Below, one piece after another: positions 48,305 to 57,179 of a stretch of DNA of 64,000 nt. Origin of the DNA: a virus. The stretch is taken from IMG/VR virus record IMGVR_UViG_3300021961_000038, positions 32,001 through 96,000 of that record; one strand, 5' to 3'. Below the pieces are notes generated by a model. The model was given only the letters and a program-made list of their open reading frames with translations. It did no database searches and was not told the DNA's origin. Each line of letters opens with the position of its first letter. Position 1 is the stretch's first letter. The position numbers were made by a program, and so were the translations under genes.

Positions 48305-49584
48305 TAAGCCGCCTGTAAATCATAATGGCAAGTAATACCATGAGGTGCTTCAATTGACTTATCAGAATGAATTACCCAAATAGTATCACAGTAGTTTTCG
48401 TCTCCCCAATTCCATGAATAGCCATCTGTAAACACAATAAGTTTTTTAGGTTCAATACCATTGTCTTTCATGTATCTCCAGTTAGCATCAAAGTCGGTAC
48501 CGCCTCCACCGTGAAGTTCGTAGTCAACAATGCTTTCTCCAGAATCAGGAGTAAAGTCTTGTTCGTTATAAACTTCAGTGTCAAAGCACCATACTTTAAT
48601 TTTGTAATCATCATATTGATCACAAATACCTTTAACTTCGCCTAGGAAATCTTCTGTTTCTTTGCTACCAATTGATCCTGACATATCAAGTGCAATAGCA
48701 ATATCAATTGTTTGATCAAAGTCCATGCCTGGCAGTACAGCACCAGTATGCCATCCTTTACGTGAAGGACGCATAAAAGTATAATTGCTTTTCATTACAC
48801 TTTGAATCTGTTGATTCAACAGTTCACGCCAGTTCATTTTAGGATCAGTAAGATCTTTAATAATTCGTGCTACACCTTTAGGAACATTACCAACACCAGC
48901 CGCCTGTGCCGCTGATACCATAGCCTCTTTAATTTCATCGCGAATTTTTTTAAGTTCTTCTTTGCTATAAGAAGGTTTCTTGCCATCAGCACCTTTAGGC
49001 TTTTTAGTATCGCCATGGGGGCCTTGACCTTTGCCTTTTTCCCAATCAATGTGTTCGTCAAGAAGTTTACCCAACTGTTTAAGTTGTTCTTCATCATACT
49101 TTTTGTAGATGTCATCATACACAGCCTCTGATGCCCAACCGTAATACTTTGGATCATGAAAGGGTTTAACCTGTGTGATTACTTCACCGATGTTATGACG
49201 AATCAAATCACCGTTAACACAATAGTCGGCGGCAATGTTATAAATTTGAGAATCACGATCATCTCTACGTGTAAAGTGATCATATACACAGTGTAGGATT
49301 TCGTGTCCAAATAGGAATTCTGTTTGTTTTTGAGTTAAACTATCAACAAAGTTTTCATTGTAATAGAAGTTACGTCCGTCTGTTGCGGCCGTTGAACACC
49401 AATCAGTAGCATCGATAATCTTAAGACGTGTAGCAAGGTTACCAAAAAATGGTTGACGAATTAACAAGGCAATACGTGCCGTTGTTAATTTTTCTTTTAC
49501 TTTAGCACCGTCGATTGAAGGATTACGTTCGTAGATCTTACCCTCGATCATGCTTTGTTCTACTGCGGTTGTTGCCTGTGACAT
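48304..49584 (-). CDS. metallopeptidase-like + VWA domain protein (MoxR partner, DUF2201-type)
   Basis: TAATDG, HEILH zincin motif, DMSGS MIDAS, GGGGTDF, VFTDG. Confidence 0.85.
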   Translation of the reverse strand: MSQATTAVEQSMIEGKIYERNPSIDGAKVKEKLTTARIALLIRQPFFGNLATRLKIIDATDWCSTAATDGRNFYYNENFVDSLTQKQTEFLFGHEILHCVYDHFTRRDDRDSQIYNIAADYCVNGDLIRHNIGEVITQVKPFHDPKYYGWASEAVYDDIYKKYDEEQLKQLGKLLDEHIDWEKGKGQGPHGDTKKPKGADGKKPSYSKEELKKIRDEIKEAMVSAAQAAGVGNVPKGVARIIKDLTDPKMNWRELLNQQIQSVMKSNYTFMRPSRKGWHTGAVLPGMDFDQTIDIAIALDMSGSIGSKETEDFLGEVKGICDQYDDYKIKVWCFDTEVYNEQDFTPDSGESIVDYELHGGGGTDFDANWRYMKDNGIEPKKLIVFTDGYSWNWGDENYCDTIWVIHSDKSIEAPHGITCHYDLQAA

Positions 49585-49611
49585 TTTTAACTCCTATCTA
49601 ACTATACTTAT

Positions 49612-49639
49612 AGTATAGCATCAAACAGGTATTTGTCAA
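49612..49639 (-). promoter_or_regulatory. sigma70-type promoter for the VWA gene
   Basis: TTGACA-N16-TATACT with extended TG; nearly identical to the promoter at 52693-52720. Confidence 0.65.
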
Positions 49640-49640
49640 C

Positions 49641-50216
49641 CTAGAATTGTGATAAAAATGCCTGTTGCATATTCATTTTGGCTTGTAAATAGGACCTAGA
49701 TTCTTCCAATTTGACCGGTTTATATTCTCCCGGTTTGAATACATATTCTACCTTTTCACTTGGTAATTTGGACGTTTTTAATCCGTCACCTGCATCTACT
49801 ACATAAGGAATAAGATCCGTTTTGGATATAATTGCTACTGAATCTTTATCGCAAATTAACAGAAATTGTGCATACGATTCTGGTAGTGTTCGTCCTTCAC
49901 TGCTACCTCGCGAGTTCATAAGTTGTAGATCTGAAACGTGTTTTTTAGGTTGTTTCTTCTTCCTAGTAAACAAACATCCGTCGCTGTACTTCATTTCAAT
50001 AGTAATACCGTTTGGTCCAATATGATCAACACCTTCTTGATTTACGTATTGTAGATCTTGATTGCTGAACAATTCTAATGCTTTTTCAAACAAATCACTT
50101 TTATCAAAACGAAGTTTACGTTCATTTAGTTCGTCGCCAATTTGATCTACAAGCGTTACATACTTGTTCCAATCTACATTATTAGACAACCAATTTTTTA
50201 AATCTACAGTTTGCAC
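49641..50216 (-). CDS. putative PD-(D/E)xK restriction-endonuclease-like protein
   Basis: E..LE...GVD(x8)IEMK pattern; GTG start with AGGAG SD. Confidence 0.45.
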   Translation of the reverse strand: MQTVDLKNWLSNNVDWNKYVTLVDQIGDELNERKLRFDKSDLFEKALELFSNQDLQYVNQEGVDHIGPNGITIEMKYSDGCLFTRKKKQPKKHVSDLQLMNSRGSSEGRTLPESYAQFLLICDKDSVAIISKTDLIPYVVDAGDGLKTSKLPSEKVEYVFKPGEYKPVKLEESRSYLQAKMNMQQAFLSQF

Positions 50217-50241
50217 ACTTTTCTCCTTTGCAACTGTAATT

Positions 50242-50270
50242 ATTATAGATGATTATAACTTATGCGTCAA
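50242..50270 (-). promoter_or_regulatory. sigma70-type promoter
   Basis: TTGACG-N17-TATAAT upstream of 50216. Confidence 0.65.
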
Positions 50271-51012
50271 CTGATTTTGATAAAATTTCTTCAAGAAGTT
50301 TTTTATGATCGTATTTTATTACTTTAGGAATAGGTAATATTATAGTTTCTCGTTGTTTAAAACGTTCGATACTTCTATGAATTATGTAACAGTTTTGTTG
50401 TCTGCCTGTTCCACTAGAATTCCTAGAAACAATTTTTTTACCCTCTTTAAAACCTATTACACTTTGTCGTCCTTTATATTTGCTATTAGGACCGTGTAAA
50501 TTTTCACGCCATTCTAATTCTTTAGCAACAGGATGAATATGATCTTCTATAAAAACATCAACAATATATTTTGTTTGTGTTCGGTCAATACCGTGTCGAA
50601 CAATTATATCTTTGGTATCTATTGTTTTAAATTTAGCAAAACTTTCTGCTTCAAACTTTTTAAAGTTATCTATTGTTTCTTTACCAATAATTGCAGGATC
50701 CTCAATCATATCGTTTAAATGAGGTAACCCTACTCTACGTTGTACAAGTTCAAGAACAGAATTAAAATGTTCAGGATGACTTACAAAATCTCTGCTTGGT
50801 GTGTTTTTTCTAATATGGGGTTTAAAATTAACTGTTTTGATATTAAGATTGCTAGTATTATAAACTCCGTCTGCAAGATACTTGTCACCCGGAATGTGTG
50901 TTGCATCTAAACAATCACACATAATCTTTTCCCATTCTTCGGAATCAAGATTATTAGTTTTTAATCCGTAATAAACTCTGGTTTTTAATATATCTAAATT
51001 AATTTGCATCAA
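50260..51012 (-). CDS. hypothetical protein, possibly restriction-endonuclease-like
   Basis: 250 aa, very AT-rich; WE.I...AD(x)nIKT loosely fits a degenerate PD-(D/E)xK core. Confidence 0.4.
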   Translation of the reverse strand: MMQINLDILKTRVYYGLKTNNLDSEEWEKIMCDCLDATHIPGDKYLADGVYNTSNLNIKTVNFKPHIRKNTPSRDFVSHPEHFNSVLELVQRRVGLPHLNDMIEDPAIIGKETIDNFKKFEAESFAKFKTIDTKDIIVRHGIDRTQTKYIVDVFIEDHIHPVAKELEWRENLHGPNSKYKGRQSVIGFKEGKKIVSRNSSGTGRQQNCYIIHRSIERFKQRETIILPIPKVIKYDHKKLLEEILSKSVDA

Positions 51013-51508
51013 ATACTTTTTTATAATGTGGTTTTAATTGTTCTAATACTCTATAATATTCTTTTTCGTCCTTGTACAATTTCTTAGGAACTAGATCTCC
51101 TGCAAGTGTACTTTTAATCATATTACAATCCAAACAAAGTGTTTGGGTATTTTGATCGCAATGGCTACCACCGTCTCTTTGCGTTTCAATATGATCTACA
51201 AATAACATACCCCATGCAACACGATCACGAATTAATTCATCTTCTATTAGTTTTACTTTAGGATGTTCCCATGGATTATGTCCACAAATTTCGCAAAACC
51301 TTTTCTTATTAAATGTCCACGGACGATCCATTCTAGCAGGACCTCCATACTCTCTTAGTAAGCCTTGATGGTGTTCACAAAGACGTGAGCCTGCTCCTTT
51401 GTACTTAGATGATTGCTCGTTGCAGTAAGGAAGTTTACAAGTTGTGGTTACAGAATTTTTTATACCTGCATAACCTTGTTTGTGTCTTTCGAAAAAATGT
51501 CTGCTCAT
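50999..51508 (-). CDS. HNH endonuclease-like protein with Cys motifs
   Basis: CEICG ... VDHI....GG.H...N.QTLC..CN..KS; extra N-terminal Cx4C..CEHH. Confidence 0.75.
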   Translation of the reverse strand: MSRHFFERHKQGYAGIKNSVTTTCKLPYCNEQSSKYKGAGSRLCEHHQGLLREYGGPARMDRPWTFNKKRFCEICGHNPWEHPKVKLIEDELIRDRVAWGMLFVDHIETQRDGGSHCDQNTQTLCLDCNMIKSTLAGDLVPKKLYKDEKEYYRVLEQLKPHYKKVFDAN

Positions 51509-51526
51509 AGCAACCTCTAATAGAGC

Positions 51527-51548
51527 GAGGGGATCCGAAGACCCCCTC
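51527..51548 (-). terminator. cUUCGg-capped GC-rich hairpin after the AAA gene
   Basis: Minus strand GAGGGGGTC-TTCG-GATCCCCTC; lacks a U tract, so may be a stabiliser or attenuator rather than a terminator. Confidence 0.55.
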
Positions 51549-51557
51549 TATAGTTAG

Positions 51558-52655
51558 TTAGGACGCCATAGCGGCCTGTACATACTTCCCATACTTACTA
51601 TGGAAACGGTCAAAGTTTTTAAGATCTTTGGGTGAGAACGGCAACTTGTATGTTGCAATAGCCACCCTAGTACCCATCACTACAAGTTCAGTTTCAAAAT
51701 TGTCCATCATAAAGCCGAAGAAATTATCAGCCATAGAATTCCAATCTTTAGCCTTTGCCTTAAAAGCCTCTTGTAGTTCATAGCACATAGAAACTGTTAG
51801 TGAGTACATCGCTGAGATGTCCTTAGTTTCCATAGACTTAACTTTACCGTTAAGTATGTCTGTTGGATTAGGTAAACTTGAAGCAACCTTACGGTGAGCA
51901 CCAAACTTAACTGCCAACCCTTCTCCGACTGCACCTGACACGAGGTCTGTCAATGTCGATTCTGCCAAGTCGTCGTCGAGAAGTTCGCTCACAAAACTCC
52001 AAGAACGAGGAGTCGCAAATGCACGTGAACTTGACTTAGGATCAAAATCATAAAGATCTTGTTTTGAAAAAGTCAAGTAACCAACTACATCTGGGTGAAT
52101 CTTGTGTTCAGTTGCCCAAACCAACCAGTCTTCAAAATCCACTCGCATTTCCAAGTGAACAAAACGGTTAGCCAATGGTGCCGGCATACGATAAGTTACA
52201 CCCTTATCAGTTTCACGGTTACCTGCGGCAACGATCATTACGTTGTCTGGTAGTACATAAGTACCAACCCTACGATTAAGAATAAGTTGATAAGCCGCCG
52301 CTTGTACAGCCGGAGCCGCTGAATTCAACTCATCTAAGAATAAAACAATTTTTTTATGCTTCTTGGCCAATTCGGCATCAGGAAGTTCTATAGGTGGTGC
52401 CCATTTCATAGTGTTATCGTTTGCACTATAATAAGGCATACCCTTAATATCTGTTGGATCCCACAACGATAAACGAATATCGATTACGTGAGCATTTAGT
52501 TGATCACCAATTTGTTTGATGATATCTGATTTACCAATGCCTGGAGGACCCCATAAAAAGATGGGACGCTTCAGCATCATTGCGTGTTGTACAGCCGTCT
52601 TCGCTTCATTAGGCGTAACTGTACGACTTTCAGTTGTTGCAGTTGTTTTTGACAT
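51558..52655 (-). CDS. MoxR-like AAA+ ATPase
   Basis: Walker A GPPGIGKS, Walker B LFLDE, AAGN, LANRF, TPRSW. Confidence 0.9.
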   Translation of the reverse strand: MSKTTATTESRTVTPNEAKTAVQHAMMLKRPIFLWGPPGIGKSDIIKQIGDQLNAHVIDIRLSLWDPTDIKGMPYYSANDNTMKWAPPIELPDAELAKKHKKIVLFLDELNSAAPAVQAAAYQLILNRRVGTYVLPDNVMIVAAGNRETDKGVTYRMPAPLANRFVHLEMRVDFEDWLVWATEHKIHPDVVGYLTFSKQDLYDFDPKSSSRAFATPRSWSFVSELLDDDLAESTLTDLVSGAVGEGLAVKFGAHRKVASSLPNPTDILNGKVKSMETKDISAMYSLTVSMCYELQEAFKAKAKDWNSMADNFFGFMMDNFETELVVMGTRVAIATYKLPFSPKDLKNFDRFHSKYGKYVQAAMAS

Positions 52656-52692
52656 TATTGACCTCTCTTTGTTTGTTACTAACTATAATATA

Positions 52693-52748
52693 ATAATAAC
52701 ATCAAACAGGGATTTGTCAACTGTTTTTCCAAATTAATTTTGGAAAAA
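52693..52748 (-). promoter_or_regulatory. sigma70-type promoter for the AAA gene plus upstream 10-bp inverted repeat
   Basis: TTGACA-N16-TATTAT; TTTTTCCAAA-N5-TTTGGAAAAA at 52724-52748. Confidence 0.6.
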
Positions 52749-52766
52749 ACTGTCCAAAATGAGGTG

Positions 52767-53159
52767 TTATTCTGCGGAAATTTCTTTAGCCATTGCACGG
52801 GCCAACCCATATTGCTTGATATCGCCAGCAAACATCATAAGTTGTAGTGCCATCTTTTCGCTAAAAACAAAGATTCTTTTCTTTGTAACAAAATACGGAC
52901 AGTCAATAAATTCGTCTAGATAAAGGAATACTTGAGGAGTAAATTGTATCTCGTTTGGAAATCCAATTTCATATGTTTGAAGTTCTGCTTTATCGGTTGC
53001 ATACTCAAACCCTTGCCTTGTAAGACGCATACCCTGAGCACCTTTTTCTCTAGTATTCTGCCACCAAAGCATATAGTTCTTTTTAATTGCTTCAGGTGAT
53101 TTGTCTTCTTCACCAGCACCTATCATAAAGGTTTTGGTGTAGGCATACTTAATATCCAT
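52767..53159 (-). CDS. hypothetical protein
   Basis: 130-aa ORF; WW.N.R.....G.RLT..G motif. Confidence 0.65.
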   Translation of the reverse strand: MDIKYAYTKTFMIGAGEEDKSPEAIKKNYMLWWQNTREKGAQGMRLTRQGFEYATDKAELQTYEIGFPNEIQFTPQVFLYLDEFIDCPYFVTKKRIFVFSEKMALQLMMFAGDIKQYGLARAMAKEISAE

Positions 53160-53441
53160 CTAAATTTTTTCGCCTGTAGTTAATTTGTAAACAGCGAAAT
53201 CCTCTACTTTGTACATAGCATTTAATTTCTTTGCTAGATTATGTGCATGACCTGGATTAGAAAAACTAACTTTTTTATATTTTGGACCTGGTACTGGGGA
53301 AACCATATTTGATGTTTTTAGATTAAAGGGTTTTCCTTTGTAAAAAACTGCCCATATGGCATCAGCCTGAAGCACCTGTTCAGTCTTGTAAGTATTCTTG
53401 TCAGTATGATCTAACAAAATAGTTGGCTTTGGTCTGCTCAT
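53160..53441 (-). CDS. hypothetical protein
   Basis: 93-aa ORF; GATAAATA late box at 53481-53474 and AAGGA SD upstream. Confidence 0.65.
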   Translation of the reverse strand: MSRPKPTILLDHTDKNTYKTEQVLQADAIWAVFYKGKPFNLKTSNMVSPVPGPKYKKVSFSNPGHAHNLAKKLNAMYKVEDFAVYKLTTGEKI

Positions 53442-53486
53442 TATACGTAATTCCTTTAAATTAACTACGTATATATTTATCTGATA

Positions 53487-53708
53487 TTAGAAAGATCCGC
53501 CATCCATTTGCACGTCGATTGCTTCTTCTTGTTTAGGTTGTGCGTCCTGTAACTCAACTAGACGTGCTAACACCATTGCAATAGAGTCTGCTAGTGCTTT
53601 AAATGTGTCTTTTGACAGCATTAATTCTTTTTGTTGTGTTTTTGTAGCAATACGAACAGAATCAAGAAACTGTTCAATAGCAACTGTATTAAGAGGCTTT
53701 CGAGACAT
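53487..53708 (-). CDS. hypothetical protein
   Basis: 73-aa ORF overlapping its upstream neighbour. Confidence 0.55.
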   Translation of the reverse strand: MSRKPLNTVAIEQFLDSVRIATKTQQKELMLSKDTFKALADSIAMVLARLVELQDAQPKQEEAIDVQMDGGSF

Positions 53709-54159
53709 TTGATAGTACCTGTTTCATTTCGAATTCAGTTTTAAACGGACCTTTGTATCCGTAACGTTGTAGTGTAATAAGTTTAGGACAAAATGATTTA
53801 ACCCATCCTTTAGCAAATTTAATGCAATAATAACCAGCACAGTAAAGGCTTTTTGACTTTCTACTTTTGCTGTACAAAGGTAACGCATTCTTTACATCAT
53901 ATAAAGGATTGTAAGGTGTTGTTGAAGTAGGATATTCATACACTTCTAAAACCTTTTGATTTTTTGTTTTTGCTTTAACTATTTCTTCAAAGAAGTCATT
54001 ACCAAAAGTACTGTAAATATCTTCTTTTGTATCAAACCTAATTTTTTCCATCTTAGTCACAAAATAATAACAATTGGTGTCCTTCTGCAAGGTCCCAACT
54101 TTCTTTCCATTATCTTGCACGATCCAAAATTTATTAGGCACTAACGGCTTGGCTTGCAT
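53689..54159 (-). CDS. hypothetical protein
   Basis: ORF-track start is 54180; the in-frame ATG at 54159 (MQAKP) has a GGAGG SD and is more likely. Confidence 0.6.
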   Translation of the reverse strand: MQAKPLVPNKFWIVQDNGKKVGTLQKDTNCYYFVTKMEKIRFDTKEDIYSTFGNDFFEEIVKAKTKNQKVLEVYEYPTSTTPYNPLYDVKNALPLYSKSRKSKSLYCAGYYCIKFAKGWVKSFCPKLITLQRYGYKGPFKTEFEMKQVLSNVSKAS

Positions 54160-55147
54160 ATTTTCCTCCATATTTTGCATTTAACGGTTCTGCGTAACTT
54201 TGTGCTTGTTCTGTTATTCTATTAAGTTCGTAACTACTTGCAAACTTAACAAGTCTTACGCCAACCTGTTGAATATCTTTGTTAGCAGAAATACCCTCTG
54301 CTATTGTTACATTAATTAATTCTTTAATATCTTTTGGTTGTGCAGTTAAATCACAAAGTACTACATTACGATTATAATCATCTAGCACACGATGTTCTTT
54401 ACCTTCATGATCAACCCAACGTTGTAACATTAAGTTATTCCAGTTATAACCTTTAGACTTTCTATCTTCAAATGCTTCTTGTAAACCGACTTTGCTCTTT
54501 GTACCTTTTACACGAACACCCGGATATGCACTAAAAACATTATCACTTGTGTCTCCACGCATACATTTTTCAAACAACAGCCATTCAGGATTAGGTGCAG
54601 ACTTTTCTTCTTTAGTTTTTTTATCTATAACACGAGCACCTTTTTCATCAAAATAACCTTCGTGTGTAGTTGTTATTTTCATTACACCATTGTATTGTTT
54701 TACATTAGGAGCAATCAATTGTGCAAAGTCACCATCTGTGCTAATAACAACATGATCGTCTTCAGGATGTGCTTGAATCCAGCCTGCAATTAAATCATCT
54801 GCTTCTAGTTGTGGATGCTGTAATACTGTGCAATTTGTCTTAGTTTCAACAAATTGTTTAAATTCGTCAAAGGTTTCCCAAAAGATTTTATCTTCTTCTT
54901 GTTGTGCTACTGTTAGTGCATCGCGACTTTCCTGTCTATTGCGTTTATAAGGTGCATAAAAGTCTTTACGCCAACTTCTTCCTTCTAAACAGAATACAAC
55001 ATGACTGCCGTCAAAGTCCTTCCACGCTTTTCTAATACTTCCAAAGGTTGCGTGTAAGGCCATACCTATCTTAATATCAGCATCACCTCTTACGGCGTGT
55101 CTAGCACGGAAAAATGTATTTGCTGTGTCTACAAGTATGTATGTCAT
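54134..55147 (-). CDS. rnh: RNase H / 5'-3' exonuclease (T4 rnh-like)
   Basis: YILVD, WRK..Y..YK.NR, EADDLI, ISTDGDF.QL, GD.SDNV. Confidence 0.9.
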   Translation of the reverse strand: MTYILVDTANTFFRARHAVRGDADIKIGMALHATFGSIRKAWKDFDGSHVVFCLEGRSWRKDFYAPYKRNRQESRDALTVAQQEEDKIFWETFDEFKQFVETKTNCTVLQHPQLEADDLIAGWIQAHPEDDHVVISTDGDFAQLIAPNVKQYNGVMKITTTHEGYFDEKGARVIDKKTKEEKSAPNPEWLLFEKCMRGDTSDNVFSAYPGVRVKGTKSKVGLQEAFEDRKSKGYNWNNLMLQRWVDHEGKEHRVLDDYNRNVVLCDLTAQPKDIKELINVTIAEGISANKDIQQVGVRLVKFASSYELNRITEQAQSYAEPLNAKYGGKYASQAVSA

Positions 55148-55149
55148 TA

Positions 55150-55824
55150 CTAAACCTTTATAAATTCTATTTCGTTGCCGTTTGTAAATTTATCACCTTC
55201 AACATATAAATCAAATGCTAAACTTACTCTTTCTTTATTTTCTGTATGTTTCTCAACACTGTGTTTAACATAACTAGGAAAGATTGTTAATCCACCTTTT
55301 ACATTATTAAACAATTTTACATTCTTTTCGTTAAATGGGCAATAGTATAATGTACTCGTTTTGTAGTTGTCCAAATGCATATTACCACTTAGATATGCAT
55401 ACTCACCTGATCCATGATCGTGTGCTTCAAATTCTTGACCCTGTCTTACTACATTTGCCCAACTTAGAAAAACACAGTTTCTTACTTTACCGTTTGAATA
55501 TTCATCAATAAATTTAACATATTGATGTTTAATAAAAGAAAAAATATTTTTAAATGCCGGAATATCTCTAGTTAATTTAAACAAATTAAAATAAGGATAT
55601 TTACTGGTCAAACTATCACTGCCTAATCCAGTGCCGCCATCGCCGTGTGTTCTGTGACTTGGATCATTAAACTGTTCGATAATTTTCTTTTCATTATTAA
55701 TAATCCATTCTCTTGCAAAATCAATATCTGCAGGATTTGTATACACAGAGTTCCAAAAAGGTATGTTCCAACTCGGTGCAAATTCTGTTTGTGGATGAGA
55801 ACTTTTCCAAGTCTGGAGCATCAA
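55150..55824 (-). CDS. 2OG-Fe(II) oxygenase-like protein
   Basis: WANV...GQ....HDH...LSG..., G.L.IFPS...H.V......RVSLAF. Confidence 0.75.
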   Translation of the reverse strand: MMLQTWKSSHPQTEFAPSWNIPFWNSVYTNPADIDFAREWIINNEKKIIEQFNDPSHRTHGDGGTGLGSDSLTSKYPYFNLFKLTRDIPAFKNIFSFIKHQYVKFIDEYSNGKVRNCVFLSWANVVRQGQEFEAHDHGSGEYAYLSGNMHLDNYKTSTLYYCPFNEKNVKLFNNVKGGLTIFPSYVKHSVEKHTENKERVSLAFDLYVEGDKFTNGNEIEFIKV

Positions 55825-56186
55825 CTTACCTCTGATTTATTATCACCAATTTTTTTAGTGTTGATATAACCAGCACCCATTGGATTATCGTCACTAGCAA
55901 CACCTTCATCTTTTGCAATATTACCGCAAAGTTCTTTAAACCATGCATCTACAATTTCTTCTTCGCTATCACCTTGATAACCATTTAATCTAAGATCACG
56001 AACAAAATACTCATTCCAGTCCAGTTCAAAGAAACCATTACGTGGATTATCTTTTTTCATTTCAACATTAACAACTGTTATGTAAGGTTGTTTCTTTTTT
56101 GTTGCTTCTGCTTTTGCATCTGTAGTAACAGTTTTACTAACAGGCTTTTCTTTTTTAGCAAACAAGTTTTTTAGTTTATCAATCAT
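55821..56186 (-). CDS. hypothetical protein
   Basis: 121-aa ORF; GFFELDWN..FV..L...GY.G..EEEIVD.WF; GAGGAG SD. Confidence 0.65.
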   Translation of the reverse strand: MIDKLKNLFAKKEKPVSKTVTTDAKAEATKKKQPYITVVNVEMKKDNPRNGFFELDWNEYFVRDLRLNGYQGDSEEEIVDAWFKELCGNIAKDEGVASDDNPMGAGYINTKKIGDNKSEVS

Positions 56187-56240
56187 AATGCTCCTCGTTT
56201 TCTCATTTCTTCTAGTTTGTCAATTTCTCCATTTAAATTT

Positions 56241-57134
56241 TTATGTTCCCCACGCATTGCCGAAGATGTCGACGTGTAGTCTGGGGGTATAACGCCACCC
56301 TCGCTCCATTGCCAATCTTGCGACTCCTTTTGTGTTGAGCGTGTATTCTTCGTGTCTGCCACCCAAGGGCATAACATATACAGGGACATCAATCCCTGCT
56401 TCACGGTATTGACCAACCGCTTTAGAAACTTCGTCCACGTCTTGTTCATCAGCCACAACAAACTTGAAGTACATATCACTGTTAGGTATGTTATAGTATG
56501 ATAAAGCAATTTCAGGCTGTATCGCATCACCCCAAGACTCTCCTGAAACGGAAAGTTTCGGACTGCACGACCAAGTGATTTTAATTCTATCTTGAGATCC
56601 GAGGTACTCTCTGAAATCTCCTCTAAGTGCTTGTGTTGTATTTGTTTCAAATGTAACATTTTTTAAGTCTCTCATTCTAGGATGCTCAAATAATTCTATA
56701 TAGAGTCGTTGCCATCCTAATAGTGGTTCCCCACCAGTTAAAATAAAATGAACATCCTGTCCGTTTGACATAGTCCATTTGCCTTCAGGAGTTAAACTAA
56801 GAATATAGTCTACTACCTGATCAACATCATGATCCTTCATGTATTTTTTAAACTCAGGATAGATACTTGCATATGTATCACAGCCTGTGTGAATAATAGG
56901 AAGGTCTTCAAATGTTTCTACTTTATTTGTAATACCTTCGTCCAAAAGTTTTTTTACTTCTGGATTATATTTAACGCCTGTTTCACGCATTGGAGTACCT
57001 CTCGGTAATCCAAAGTTCATGCAACGAAAGTTACAACCAAAGGTACGCAAGAATACACTAGGAACTCCTACATATCGACCTTCACCTTGTATGCTATAAA
57101 AGGCTTCACTATATCTTAATTTCATTCTATTCAA
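56241..57134 (-). CDS. queE: 7-carboxy-7-deazaguanine synthase QueE-like radical SAM enzyme
   Basis: E.FYSIQGEG...G.PSVFLR.FGCN..C...CDT, TGGEPL, ETN, SPKL, KFVV, PRLH. Confidence 0.88.
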   Translation of the reverse strand: MNRMKLRYSEAFYSIQGEGRYVGVPSVFLRTFGCNFRCMNFGLPRGTPMRETGVKYNPEVKKLLDEGITNKVETFEDLPIIHTGCDTYASIYPEFKKYMKDHDVDQVVDYILSLTPEGKWTMSNGQDVHFILTGGEPLLGWQRLYIELFEHPRMRDLKNVTFETNTTQALRGDFREYLGSQDRIKITWSCSPKLSVSGESWGDAIQPEIALSYYNIPNSDMYFKFVVADEQDVDEVSKAVGQYREAGIDVPVYVMPLGGRHEEYTLNTKGVARLAMERGWRYTPRLHVDIFGNAWGT

Positions 57135-57148
57135 CTCCTATACTATAT

Positions 57149-57177
57149 AATATAGTACATATTTAGGTTTTTGTCAA
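57149..57177 (-). promoter_or_regulatory. sigma70-type promoter with an embedded CTAAATA late box, upstream of queE
   Basis: TTGACA-N17-TATATT on the minus strand; the spacer contains TAAATA. Confidence 0.6.
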
Positions 57178-57179
57178 GT

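Noticed and set aside
56183-56659. 158-aa alternative-frame ORF overlapping queE
   Set aside because: Lies almost wholly within queE in another frame with no recognisable motifs.
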